From an uncultured delta proteobacterium (GTDB taxonomy: Bacteria; Myxococcota_A; UBA9160; SMWR01): a DNA stretch of 64,000 bases. A model generated the notes under the pieces. That model worked only from the letters and a program-made list of their open reading frames with translations. It made no database searches and was not told the origin of the DNA. Location of the stretch: contig CAWHTE010000001.1 in the NCBI GenBank assembly GCA_963832165.1, positions 768,001 through 832,000 on the forward strand, given 5' to 3'. Of this stretch, positions 9,327 to 18,745 are shown piece after piece; within the stretch, counting starts at the first letter, position 1; every line of letters begins with the position of its first letter. The translations under genes and the position numbers were made by a program.

Positions 9327-10736
9327 GTGTTCGATCCGGTGCGCTGGCCGCGCGAGGCGTGGATTCCGCTCGCGAGCGGGATGGCGTGGAATACCGTCGC
9401 TGTCTCGGTCGGGCTGCCCTGGGGCGTGCTCGCGCTGCTGCCCGGCACGTTTCTGCTGAGCTCGGGGGCGGGCATGCTGCTCCATCCCGGCGACCGCCGC
9501 CTCACACACTTCGCCGCACTCGGCGCGGTGCTCGGCGTGCTGCTCGCTCCGTTCGCGCTCGCGTTCGCGGGAGCCATCGCGCTCGCACTCGCGGTCGCCT
9601 CGGCCGCCTCGTTCCTCGCGGCCGGCTACCACGCGCTGCGGCTCGACGTGCACCCCGAAGGCGTGCCCGAGCCGCTTCCGACCGCCCGCCTCGCGGCTGA
9701 GGTCGCGATCGACGAGGCGATGCTCGGCACGATGGTGTTCACGCAGCTCTTCCCTTCCGTCGAGGATCACCGGCGGATCGAGCGCGAGATCGCGGTGGCG
9801 CGCGAGCAGTTCGCGGATGCGGGATGGCTGGAGAAGCCCGAGGGCTACCACGTGTGCCCGACCGACGCCTGCGGAGGCGACATCGTGCGGCGCCGCACGC
9901 GCGGCTTCGACTACGAGCACCTGTCGTTCCGCAGCGAATACGAGCCGCGCGCCGGCGAGCCCGGGCGCGAGCGCTGGATCGGCTACGAGGCCAACCACAC
10001 CGCCCATGCCTGGATCGTGCGCGGCGACCCGGGTGCGCCGTGGCTCGTCTGCCTGCACGGCTACCGGATGGGACAACCGCTGATCGATCTCTCCGCGTTT
10101 CATCCGCACTGGCTGCACCGGCACCACGGCCTGAATCTGCTCGTTCCGGTGCTCCCGCTGCACGGGCCGCGCAGCATCGGGCGCCGCAGCGGCGACGGCT
10201 TCCTCGGCGGCGATCTGCTCGACACGATTCACGCCGAGGCCCAGGCGATGTGGGATCTGCGACGGCTGCTCGCGTGGGTCCGCTGCGAGAGCGATGCGCT
10301 GATCGGCGTGTACGGCCTCTCGCTCGGCGGCTACACCACGGCGCTGCTCGCATCGCTCGACGATCAGCTCGCGTGCGCGATCGCGGGTATTCCCGCGGTG
10401 GACTTCGCGCGCACGTTCTACCGGCATGGCGGGCCCTGGCAGGAGCGCGCCGCGCTGCACGCAGGCCTTTCGGAGGCGAAGATGGCGGAGGTTCTGCGCG
10501 TGATCTCGCCGCTCGCGCTCGAGCCGAAGGTGCCGCACGAGCACCGCGCGATCTTTGGCGGCGTCGCCGATCGGCTCGTGCCGCCCGACCAGGTGCGCGA
10601 CCTCTGGCGCCACTGGGGCGAGCCGCGCATCACGTGGTATCAGGGCTCGCATCTCACGCTGGGCATGCATCCGGGCGTGCGCGCGATCACCGACGAGACG
10701 CTGCGCGCTGCGCTCGGCCGCAGCGTCGCCGCTTAA
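9327..10736 (+). CDS. Alpha/beta hydrolase with N-terminal membrane segments
   Basis: CLHGY, nucleophile elbow GLSLGG, DRLVPP, GSH; hydrophobic first ~100 aa. Confidence 0.85.
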   Translation: MFDPVRWPREAWIPLASGMAWNTVAVSVGLPWGVLALLPGTFLLSSGAGMLLHPGDRRLTHFAALGAVLGVLLAPFALAFAGAIALALAVASAASFLAAGYHALRLDVHPEGVPEPLPTARLAAEVAIDEAMLGTMVFTQLFPSVEDHRRIEREIAVAREQFADAGWLEKPEGYHVCPTDACGGDIVRRRTRGFDYEHLSFRSEYEPRAGEPGRERWIGYEANHTAHAWIVRGDPGAPWLVCLHGYRMGQPLIDLSAFHPHWLHRHHGLNLLVPVLPLHGPRSIGRRSGDGFLGGDLLDTIHAEAQAMWDLRRLLAWVRCESDALIGVYGLSLGGYTTALLASLDDQLACAIAGIPAVDFARTFYRHGGPWQERAALHAGLSEAKMAEVLRVISPLALEPKVPHEHRAIFGGVADRLVPPDQVRDLWRHWGEPRITWYQGSHLTLGMHPGVRAITDETLRAALGRSVAA

Positions 10737-12106
10737 CGCCGTTCGAGCGCCGCGCGGATCTCCGCGTGGCGCGCGCGCGTTAGCTGGTAGCCGTGCGCGA
10801 CGTACGCGGCCAGCAGCAGGAACGCGGCAGGCACCACCGAGGAGAGCCAGCGCGTCGCGGTGAGCGTGGCCTCGTTCGCGGGCTGATCGTGCTCGTAGCC
10901 GAGCACCCCGAGCAACGTGAGCGCGAGCCACACCGCGACTGCGCCGGCGAGCTTGCGCACGAACATGAACAGACCGTAGTAGGTCCCCTCGCGGCGCTCG
11001 CCGGTCTCGAGGTCGTCCTCGTCGACCACCTCGCCGAGCATCGACCACGGCATCAGGTCCATCACCGCGTACCCGATCGCACCCGAGAGGGCGAGTCCGA
11101 TCACGAGCCAGCGCGGCCAGTCCGGCTGCACGAACAGGATCACGGTCAGCGCCGCCGCCCACCACACCGCGCCGATCACGAACACGGTCGCCTTCTCCAT
11201 GTGCCCGGCGAGGCGGACCCAGACGGGCAGCGACGCGAGCACCAGAAGGAAGAACATTCCCATCGTGGGCTCGAAGTCGTCGCTGCGCCCGAGCCAGAGC
11301 GTGAAGTAGAGGATCAGCATCGCAGCGACGAGATCCATCGCGACGCGGCCGCACAGGAACAGCCCCACGAGCCGGCGAAAGTTTGCGTGACGCGCGGCGA
11401 GCCGGACCCCCTCGAAGAACGGGACGTGTCCCTCGCGCGCCTGGAAGTCGGGCCGTTCCCAGGTGACGGCCCAGATCGCGAACCAGGGCGCGGCAATGAT
11501 CGCGCCATAGAGCACGCCCGCGGCCAGGAAGCCCTCGGGCCCGCCGCCAAATGCGTTGGCGACCGGTCGGATCGCGATCGCCGCGAACACGCCGATGATC
11601 GACCCCATGTTGCGCCACGCGTTCAGCGAGGTGCGCGCGTCGTAGCCGAGCGCCATCTCGGGCTGCAAGGCGAGGTAGGGCACCGCGACGATCGTCATCG
11701 AGAGCGACGTCAGTACGAAGACCGTCGTGTAGTAGGCGAACATCGCGAGCTGCGATGTCTCGGGCAGGGGCAGCCACAGCAGCGCGAATCCCACGCCGAA
11801 CGGGATCGCGCCGAGCAGGAAGAACGGGCGCCGTCTCCCCCAGCGCCACCGACAGCGGTCCGAGATCCGCCCCATTGCGGGATCCGCGAACGCATCGATG
11901 GCGCGGCCGATCAGCTGCACCGCCCCCGCGAGCTCCGGGCGCAGCCCCACGACCACGAGCAGGTAGTGCGTGAAGTACAGCAGCGCGAGCGACGTGAGCA
12001 CCGTGTTGACGGTGAAGTCGCCGAGCGCGAACACCGCCTTGCGCGCCGGAACGAGGCGAGGATCCTCGACCGGCGCGCGCGGCGGTTGCGGAGCGGGAGC
12101 GGCGAT
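10733..12106 (-). CDS. MFS transporter, glycoside-pentoside-hexuronide (MelB-like) family; start uncertain (GTG 12034 or ATC 12106)
   Basis: DAFADPAMGRISD, WGRRRPF, TGERREGTYYG; about 12 TM segments. Confidence 0.88.
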   Translation of the reverse strand: MAAPAPQPPRAPVEDPRLVPARKAVFALGDFTVNTVLTSLALLYFTHYLLVVVGLRPELAGAVQLIGRAIDAFADPAMGRISDRCRWRWGRRRPFFLLGAIPFGVGFALLWLPLPETSQLAMFAYYTTVFVLTSLSMTIVAVPYLALQPEMALGYDARTSLNAWRNMGSIIGVFAAIAIRPVANAFGGGPEGFLAAGVLYGAIIAAPWFAIWAVTWERPDFQAREGHVPFFEGVRLAARHANFRRLVGLFLCGRVAMDLVAAMLILYFTLWLGRSDDFEPTMGMFFLLVLASLPVWVRLAGHMEKATVFVIGAVWWAAALTVILFVQPDWPRWLVIGLALSGAIGYAVMDLMPWSMLGEVVDEDDLETGERREGTYYGLFMFVRKLAGAVAVWLALTLLGVLGYEHDQPANEATLTATRWLSSVVPAAFLLLAAYVAHGYQLTRARHAEIRAALERR

Positions 12107-12109
12107 GGC

Positions 12110-13303
12110 CTAGAAGCCCTTGCGATAGGCCGTCACGACCGCGGCGCCGCCGAGGCCCAGGTTGTGCTGCAGCGCGATCTTCGCGCCCGCCACCTGGCGC
12201 TTCTGGGCTTCGCCGCGCAGCTGCCAGTTGAGCTCTGCGCACTGCGCGAGGCCGGTCGCGCCGAGCGGATGGCCCTTCGAGATCAGGCCGCCCGACGGGT
12301 TCACCACGACCTGGCCGCCGTAGGTCTGCGCGCCCGAGTCGACGAACTCGCCCGCCTTGCCCTCCGGGCACAGACCGAGCGCCTCGTAGGTGATCAGCTC
12401 GTTCGCGGCGAAGCAGTCGTGCAGCTCGACGACGTCGATGTTCTCGGGGCCGACGCCCGCCTGCTCGTAGACCTTGCGCGCGGCCTGCTTGGTCATGTCG
12501 TAGCCGACCAGCTTCATCGAGCTCTTCTCAGCGAACGTCTCGTTCGTGTCGGTGGTCATCGCCATGCCGATGATCTCGACCGCCTTCGCCTCGAGCCCGT
12601 GCTCGCGCACGAAGCGCTCGCTCGCGAGGATCGCCGCGCCGGCGCCGTCCGACGTGGGGCAGCACTGCAGCTTGGTCAGCGGATCGAACACCATCGGTGC
12701 GTTCTTGATGTCTTCGAGGCTGTACTCGTCCTGGAACTGCGAGTACGGGTTGTTGACCGAGTGCTTGTGGTTCTTCCAGCCGATCTTCGCGAAGTGATCG
12801 GGCGTGGTGCCGTAGCGCTCCATGTGCTCGCGGCCGGCGTTGCCGAAGAACTGCGCCGCCGCGGGCGACTTCGCTGCGAACCCGCGCTTCTCGATCATCG
12901 CCTTCGCGTGCTTGTCCATCGGGTTGGTGCGATCGGTGAATTTGACCCCGAGCGACCCCTTTTCCATCTTCTCGAAGCCGAGTGCGAGCACGCAGTCCGC
13001 GATGCCCGACTGGACGAATTGCTTGGCCATGAACAGCGCGGTCGAGCCGGTCGCGCAGTTGTTGTTCACGTTGTAGATCGGGATGCCGGTGAGCCCGAGC
13101 GTGTACACGGCGCGTTGGCCGCAGGTCGAGTCGCCGTAGCAGTAGCCGACGGCGGCCTGCTCGATCTGGTCGAACGAGATCCCCGCGTCGGCGAGCGCCT
13201 TCGTGCCCGCCTCCTGCGCCATGTCCGGGTAGTCCCATTCCTTGGAGCCGGGCTTCTCGAACTTGGTCATGCCGACGCCGACGACGTACACCTTCTGGCT
13301 CAT
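12110..13303 (-). CDS. SCP2/SCPx-type thiolase (lipid-transfer protein)
   Basis: [50 protein letters not shown]. Confidence 0.95.
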   Translation of the reverse strand: MSQKVYVVGVGMTKFEKPGSKEWDYPDMAQEAGTKALADAGISFDQIEQAAVGYCYGDSTCGQRAVYTLGLTGIPIYNVNNNCATGSTALFMAKQFVQSGIADCVLALGFEKMEKGSLGVKFTDRTNPMDKHAKAMIEKRGFAAKSPAAAQFFGNAGREHMERYGTTPDHFAKIGWKNHKHSVNNPYSQFQDEYSLEDIKNAPMVFDPLTKLQCCPTSDGAGAAILASERFVREHGLEAKAVEIIGMAMTTDTNETFAEKSSMKLVGYDMTKQAARKVYEQAGVGPENIDVVELHDCFAANELITYEALGLCPEGKAGEFVDSGAQTYGGQVVVNPSGGLISKGHPLGATGLAQCAELNWQLRGEAQKRQVAGAKIALQHNLGLGGAAVVTAYRKGF

Positions 13304-13433
13304 GGGGGGGCCTCCGAGATGCAGCTACGGGCCGGTGCGGTCCCGAGCGCGGTGGGTTGGGGTGTGAAAGGGGAGCCGGAGGTCGCGGCTGCGACTCGCG
13401 GCGGGCGGAAGCTAGCCCAAGGGGTGTGTTGCT

Positions 13434-14246
13434 TCACATCCGGAAGTGACGCCGGATCAGGCGCAGGCCGAGCCGCTCCGGCAGCCAGCGCTGCGCGAAC
13501 GATACGAGCCTGGCATCCCGACCCACCGCGTAGCGGATGCGCGGATTCCGCGCGCGCAGCGCGCGCAGGACCGCGTGCGCGACGAGCTCGGGGCCGGGCG
13601 CGCTCGCGAGCGAGCGCTCGACCACCTCGCGACAGCGCGCGACGCGCTCGCCATAGCTCGAATCTCTAACTAGATCGAAGTCGGTCGCCTCGTTGAACGG
13701 AGTCCGGATGTCACCGGGCTCGATCAGCGATACGCGGACGCCGGTTCCGATCAGCTCGTTGTGCAGCGCGCGCGCGAGCGCGTCGAGAGCTGCTTTGCTC
13801 GCCGAATAATGAGCCTGGAACGGGATCGGCGCGCGGCCCGCGAGCGAGCCCACGATCACCACGCGCGCAGACTCGGCTCTGCGCAGCGTGGGCAGCGCGG
13901 CGCGCAGCACGCGCAGCGTGCCGAACCAGTTCGTCTCGAACTGCTCGTGCGCGTCGCGCAGCGGAACCTCTTCGACGCTGCCGAAGATCCCGTAGCCCGC
14001 GTTACATACGACTGCGTCGAGGCCACCATTTCGATCGATGGCACTCTGCACGCCCTTCGTCACGGAGTCGTCGTCGCGCACATCCATCGCGACCCACGCG
14101 ATGTGGGGTGCGCGCTGCGCCGCAGTTGCCGGATCGCGCGAGGTCCCCACGACCTGGAAGCCGGCTCGCGCGAGCAGGTCGCTCGCGGCGGCGCCGATGC
14201 CCGACGAGGCGCCCGTGATCAGCACGGACGGTCCGATCGGCCTCAT
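13434..14246 (-). CDS. SDR oxidoreductase
   Basis: TGASSGIG, CNAGYG, YSASK, LIEPG. Confidence 0.9.
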   Translation of the reverse strand: MRPIGPSVLITGASSGIGAAASDLLARAGFQVVGTSRDPATAAQRAPHIAWVAMDVRDDDSVTKGVQSAIDRNGGLDAVVCNAGYGIFGSVEEVPLRDAHEQFETNWFGTLRVLRAALPTLRRAESARVVIVGSLAGRAPIPFQAHYSASKAALDALARALHNELIGTGVRVSLIEPGDIRTPFNEATDFDLVRDSSYGERVARCREVVERSLASAPGPELVAHAVLRALRARNPRIRYAVGRDARLVSFAQRWLPERLGLRLIRRHFRM

Positions 14247-14373
14247 CTACTTTCGCCCGTCATTTGCCTGTTTTCTGACATTTCGGGCCATTTGTACTCG
14301 TTCAGACACAGAATAATTCGGAAACCTTAAAATTTTTCCACCTGAAAGGTAGTCAGATCCCTTCCGTTCCGCT

Positions 14374-14379
14374 TATAAT
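14374..14379 (+). promoter_or_regulatory. Consensus -10 box for the marR-type gene
   Basis: TATAAT in an AT-rich divergent intergenic region (14247-14413). Confidence 0.55.
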
Positions 14380-14413
14380 GCTCCCCGCTGTACCGACTGA
14401 TCTGGAGGCTCTT

Positions 14414-14896
14414 GTGAGCGCAAACGCAACACCCGTTATCCAAACCCACCGACCCGAGGCGCCTCAGCAAGCGGGCGACTTCCGAGATGGCATTCGGCTC
14501 CTGGCGCGTCTCGCGCGTGTCGCGGAGCAGACCTGCCAGTCCACGGGCATTAGCCTGCCGCAGTACCGGCTTCTCGTCTCTGCCGCCGAAGGGCCGCAGC
14601 GCGCGAGCGAGCTCGCCGCCGCAGTCGGAGTGAGCCGGCCTACGCTCACTTCGCTCGTCGACGGTCTCGAGCAGGCCGGGCTCGTCAAGCGGGTTCCGGT
14701 GGCGAGCGATCGCCGCGGGATCCAGCTCGAGCTGACCCCGGCCGGCCGCGAAGCCACCTTCCGCGCCGAGCGCGCGCTCAGCGTGCGTCTGATGACGCTG
14801 CTGAACGGCGAGGCGGGCACTGTGGTTCCGCTCGTGGGCGGTGTCGTCTCCGACATCCGCGCCGCGCTGGACCGCGAGGGTCGCGAGACTCGCTGA
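14414..14896 (+). CDS. MarR family transcriptional regulator
   Basis: ISLPQYRLL, ASELAAAVGVSRPTLTSLVDGLE, DRRGIQLELTPAG; GTG 14414 follows GGAGG, while the ORF-track ATG 14378 overlaps the -10 box. Confidence 0.9.
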   Translation: MSANATPVIQTHRPEAPQQAGDFRDGIRLLARLARVAEQTCQSTGISLPQYRLLVSAAEGPQRASELAAAVGVSRPTLTSLVDGLEQAGLVKRVPVASDRRGIQLELTPAGREATFRAERALSVRLMTLLNGEAGTVVPLVGGVVSDIRAALDREGRETR

Positions 14897-14905
14897 TCGG
14901 TTCCT

Positions 14906-14937
14906 CCCCGCGCACGCTGCTAGCGTGCGCGGGGTTT
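14906..14937 (+). terminator. Intrinsic terminator-like hairpin
   Basis: Perfect 13-bp stem CCCCGCGCACGCT-GCT-AGCGTGCGCGGGG followed by TTT. Confidence 0.6.
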
Positions 14938-15682
14938 GGCGCCGATCGAAGTCATCGACACTGCCTTTCCGGGGCGCGCCGCGTTCGATGTGGCGGTGTC
15001 ACGCGCACTGCTGCGCGAGATTGCGACCGGGAAGCGGCCCGAGACGCTGCGGCTCTATCGTCCCGACGACGTCGTCGCGTTCTCGACCACCGACCTGCGC
15101 TGCGCCGGATTCCCGCGCGCATTGGAAGCCGCGCGCGCCGCGCGATTCGATGCCGCAGTGCGGCTCGCGGGCGGCTCTGCGGCGCTCTTCCACACCGAGA
15201 CGATCGCGTTCGCGTGGTGTGCGCCGGAGGCCGACGAGCGCACGGGCATCCGCGCGCGCTTTGCGCGCACGTCCGACTGGGTGATGCGCGCGCTGCGCCG
15301 GATCGGCGTCGACGCGCGCGTGGGCGAGGTGCCGCAGACCTACTGTCCGGGCGACTGGAGCGTCAATGCGCGCGGCGTGCGCAAGCTGATGGGCGTCGGT
15401 CAGCGGATCATTCGCGGAGCGGTGCACACGGGCGGCGTGATCGTCGTCGGCGACAGCGATCGGCTGCGCGCGGTGCTCGCTCCCGTGTACGCAGCGCTCG
15501 GCTACCCGTTCGATCCCGAGAGCGCGGGCGCGATCGAAGACGAGGTGGGCCCGGTGACGTTCGACGCCGTGCGCGACGCGCTGCTCGCGGAGCTCGCGAG
15601 CGATCGCGAGCTGCGCGCGGGCACGCTCGACGCGGCCGTGCTCGAGCACGCGCAGCGGTTCGAGGCGTCGCACCGGCTTTGA
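14936..15682 (+). CDS. Lipoate-protein ligase family, LipL-like
   Basis: TLRLYRP, AAVRLAGGSA, GEVPQTYCPGDWSV, RKLMGVGQRII. Confidence 0.82.
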   Translation: MAPIEVIDTAFPGRAAFDVAVSRALLREIATGKRPETLRLYRPDDVVAFSTTDLRCAGFPRALEAARAARFDAAVRLAGGSAALFHTETIAFAWCAPEADERTGIRARFARTSDWVMRALRRIGVDARVGEVPQTYCPGDWSVNARGVRKLMGVGQRIIRGAVHTGGVIVVGDSDRLRAVLAPVYAALGYPFDPESAGAIEDEVGPVTFDAVRDALLAELASDRELRAGTLDAAVLEHAQRFEASHRL

Positions 15683-15683
15683 T

Positions 15684-15753
15684 GGCGGGATCGCTTCGCT
15701 CTCCCGCCCTACGCGTTCTCGTAGGGCGGGAGGAGCCGAAGGCGGATCCCGCC
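15684..15753. repeat. Inverted doublet of GTAG-family REP elements
   Basis: GGCGGGATC..CTTCG..CTCCCGCCCTAC, 8-nt spacer, GTAGGGCGGGAG..CGAAG..GATCCCGCC; between convergent genes. Confidence 0.8.
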
Positions 15754-15763
15754 TTCCGCGTTC

Positions 15764-16726
15764 TTACCGCAGTGCTCCGGTCCGCCACGCGCGGATCAGC
15801 ACGGGCCATCCGAACAGCCACGGGTGCCGGCGCTGGCGCTCGCTCGCTTCGAGCCGGACGCCGGAGTGGCGCTCGACCTTCCAGAGCGCGTAGGGAACCC
15901 AGTCGCCGAACGTGACGGCGGTCTTCGCGAGCTGGAGCAGCCCGATCCACTTCGCGGCCGCACTGCGACCGCTCTCGCGCGGGAGAGGCGTCCGCACGCG
16001 CAGCGCGCCATCGGCGCCGTGTTCGATCGCTCCGCTCTCGAGCAGCGCTGCGAGCGCTTCGGCGAACCGCGCATCGAATCGCTCGCGCTGGTCGTCGTAG
16101 ATCGCGTCGCTCGCGCCTTCGCGCTCGGGGCGCAGCTCGGCGGCGTAGCTTTCGCGGAAGATCTCGCGCCAGAGCGCGCCCGTGTCTTCGGGGTGCCAGC
16201 CGTGCCGGTGCGCCGCGAGCCCCACGCGCAGCGCGGTACAGACGGCATCCGCACACGCCTCCGCGAGCGCATCGCGCGCTGCTGCGTCGCGCACGAACGC
16301 GGCGCCGATCGGCTGCGCGAAGCGTGCCCAGATCCCGCCGCGGTGCGTCTCGCCGCGGCACGCCAGCGCGAGGTCGGCCTTCGAGACGACCGCGTATTTC
16401 GCGCCGAGCCGTGCGCTGCCCGTGCCGAGCTCGATGTAGAACACGTTGGGCGGCAGCAACGCGTTGGCGACCGCGAGTGCGCGCGATCGATACGCCGAGC
16501 GGTAGTCGTCCACGATCGCGTAGAAGTCGTGCACGCCCTCGCTTGTGGCGCGCCGCAGGCAGGAGCCGTAGAACGCGATCGAGGACACCGCAGATCCGTG
16601 GCGCGCGCCGATCTCGCGCGCGAGCGCGGTGGCGTCGGCCGAGATCGGCGCGGAGAGCTCGCGGACCAGGCTCGCGATCAGGCGCGCGCGCGCGTTGCTC
16701 GCGGTGTTCGTCGCGGTGCGCTCCAA
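15764..16726 (-). CDS. Tam41-like nucleotidyltransferase (putative lipid cytidylyltransferase; CpgC-like)
   Basis: IAFYGSCLR...VHDFYAIVD, LPPNVFY, AKYAVVS, IWARFAQP resemble Tam41 motifs; adjacent to lipid kinase. Confidence 0.65.
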   Translation of the reverse strand: MERTATNTASNARARLIASLVRELSAPISADATALAREIGARHGSAVSSIAFYGSCLRRATSEGVHDFYAIVDDYRSAYRSRALAVANALLPPNVFYIELGTGSARLGAKYAVVSKADLALACRGETHRGGIWARFAQPIGAAFVRDAAARDALAEACADAVCTALRVGLAAHRHGWHPEDTGALWREIFRESYAAELRPEREGASDAIYDDQRERFDARFAEALAALLESGAIEHGADGALRVRTPLPRESGRSAAAKWIGLLQLAKTAVTFGDWVPYALWKVERHSGVRLEASERQRRHPWLFGWPVLIRAWRTGALR

Positions 16727-16735
16727 ATCGCGACC

Positions 16736-17692
16736 TCAGGCGCGCAGGAAGCGGATCCGGCGGTCGGCACTCAGCTCGATCCGCTCCTCGGGCTCCGGAT
16801 CGAACAGCTCCCCGTCCACGGTGAAGCCACAGCTGATCTGGAGCTCGGCGCGTTCGACCCGTTCGCTCACATAGCCGCGCTCGGGTGTGACCCAGCGCGG
16901 TGGCCGGCCGGCCAGGATTCCGGGCGCCGCGAATCCCATCCACCGCGCGCGGCTCGCCATCCCCGTGATCCGCACACCGCCCGGGCCCGTGCCCCAGAAT
17001 GGATTGATGCGCAGGAACAGCCGCTCGAGCGTGGACGAGATCAGCAGGTACAGCTCGGCGTCGACGAGGTCGCGCCCATCCACGCGCACCTGACACTTGT
17101 CGGGCGTGAGGATCCCCGAGGTCGGACGAAACGCGACCTTGGTCACGAGCGCACCCGTCACGACCCCCGCGCCGAACAGTCCTTGGCTGCGCCCGGGCGG
17201 AAACACGCGGTGCACGAGGCTGATCGCGCGGTAGATCAGTCCGGCGCCGAAGACCATCCCGTACTGGTCGGCAGCGCGCAGCGACGAGCGCACGCGCAGC
17301 ACCGGGCGCGCGACGGCGAGCCGGTCGAGTCGGCCTGCGTCGGCCGCTTCGAGCAGGCGCGCGAGGCCGCGCGCGGGATTGCGGTCGGCGCCGAGGTCGG
17401 TCGAGATCGAGTTCGTGCGGCCGCCGCGCAGCGGCGCCACCGCGGGCAGGGCGACACGGTTCGGGTCGCGCAGCAGCTCGGAGAGCGCGAGTTGAACCGT
17501 GCCATCGCCTCCGTTGAGCACGAGCACGTCGATCGCGCTGCGCTCGAGCTCGGCGAGCGCCGGGACGAGATCGCTCGCGGTCGTGGTCTCCACCCGGAAG
17601 ACGTCGGGGCGCCCGCGCAGGACCTCCGCGACGCGCTGCGCGTCCCGCCCTCGGCGCCCGGCTCGCAGGTTGTTCAGGACGCCTATCCGCAC
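16736..17692 (-). CDS. Diacylglycerol/sphingosine kinase family (putative ceramide kinase, CpgB-like)
   Basis: VLNGGDGTV, PLRGGRTNSISTDLG, FTVDGELF. Confidence 0.85.
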   Translation of the reverse strand: MRIGVLNNLRAGRRGRDAQRVAEVLRGRPDVFRVETTTASDLVPALAELERSAIDVLVLNGGDGTVQLALSELLRDPNRVALPAVAPLRGGRTNSISTDLGADRNPARGLARLLEAADAGRLDRLAVARPVLRVRSSLRAADQYGMVFGAGLIYRAISLVHRVFPPGRSQGLFGAGVVTGALVTKVAFRPTSGILTPDKCQVRVDGRDLVDAELYLLISSTLERLFLRINPFWGTGPGGVRITGMASRARWMGFAAPGILAGRPPRWVTPERGYVSERVERAELQISCGFTVDGELFDPEPEERIELSADRRIRFLRA

Positions 17693-17695
17693 CGA

Positions 17696-18745
17696 CTAAC
17701 CTCCGGGCCTCATGGTCTTCGCTCGCTGCGCGAAACTTGCGGCGCTGGATTGGGACGAGCTCGGATCTTCCGAGGGGCGGAGCAGGGTGAAGCTCGCGAT
17801 CATCGCGCCGCGCGGCAGGGATTTCCCGGCATTCGACGCGAGCTCCGACGTCGCGTCGGCCCAGATCCGCCTCGGGCGCGCACCGAACCAGTACAGCATC
17901 CGCACGAGGCGCGGTAGAGCGTCGAGCGGGTCGACCGAGAGGTGAGGGGCGCGGATCGCGATAGACCCGCTCAGTGCCCTGCCGGTCGGCCGGATCTGGT
18001 GCGGTAGCGGCGGTCCATCGCCCTCGGCTCGCCAGTCCTCGAGCGCGACGGTCTCCGGGCGCAGCGTCCGCACCCCGCGCGCGCCGCGCCAGCCGAGCCA
18101 GCTCCGCTGCGCGCCGCCCACGAGTCGCTCGTGGACGAACAGCGATGCGTCGTTCGCCGTGAGCCGATGCACGTCGACGCGCAGCGCCGAGACCTCGGGC
18201 TCGCACACGCGGTGGCGCGTGCGCACGACCGTCGCTGCACCGCGCAGCTCGCGCGGCGCGGCCATCCCCGTGCGCCAGACGCGCGCGGTGGCGGGGCGGC
18301 CGAGCACGAGCAGGTCGACTTCGGGGTCGCCCGGAAAGATCCCAACCGACTTCGACCGCGGCGCCTCGATCGCGAGCCGCACCTTCACTCCGCGCCGGTC
18401 GTTGTCCACCTCGAACACCTGCGCGGCCTCGCCGAGCTCGAGCCGGGTCGAGCCGATCCGGACGCGGTCGCCCGAATCGCTCACCTCGAACTCGCCCTCG
18501 CTGCGCCCGTTCTGGAACCGCGTCTGCGTGCCATCCGGCGCGATCCAGAAGCCGACTCCCGCTGCGTTGCGCTCGCCGGGCCCCACGCGCGTCACGATCA
18601 CGCGCGCATACACGCGGTCTCCGCTCGCGAACGCCGCGGTGACGTCCCAGTACACGCCCGCGCAATCGCCCTCGGGCAGGATCTCGGCGCGCGCTCCGAT
18701 CGCTGCGAATGCAAGCGCGAGAAGCGCGGCGATTGCGGCTCTCAT
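17696..18745 (-). CDS. Secreted beta-rich hypothetical protein
   Basis: ATG overlaps upstream stop (ATGA); signal peptide MRAAIAALLALAFAAIGARAE; alternating beta-strand pattern. Confidence 0.7.
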   Translation of the reverse strand: MRAAIAALLALAFAAIGARAEILPEGDCAGVYWDVTAAFASGDRVYARVIVTRVGPGERNAAGVGFWIAPDGTQTRFQNGRSEGEFEVSDSGDRVRIGSTRLELGEAAQVFEVDNDRRGVKVRLAIEAPRSKSVGIFPGDPEVDLLVLGRPATARVWRTGMAAPRELRGAATVVRTRHRVCEPEVSALRVDVHRLTANDASLFVHERLVGGAQRSWLGWRGARGVRTLRPETVALEDWRAEGDGPPLPHQIRPTGRALSGSIAIRAPHLSVDPLDALPRLVRMLYWFGARPRRIWADATSELASNAGKSLPRGAMIASFTLLRPSEDPSSSQSSAASFAQRAKTMRPGG

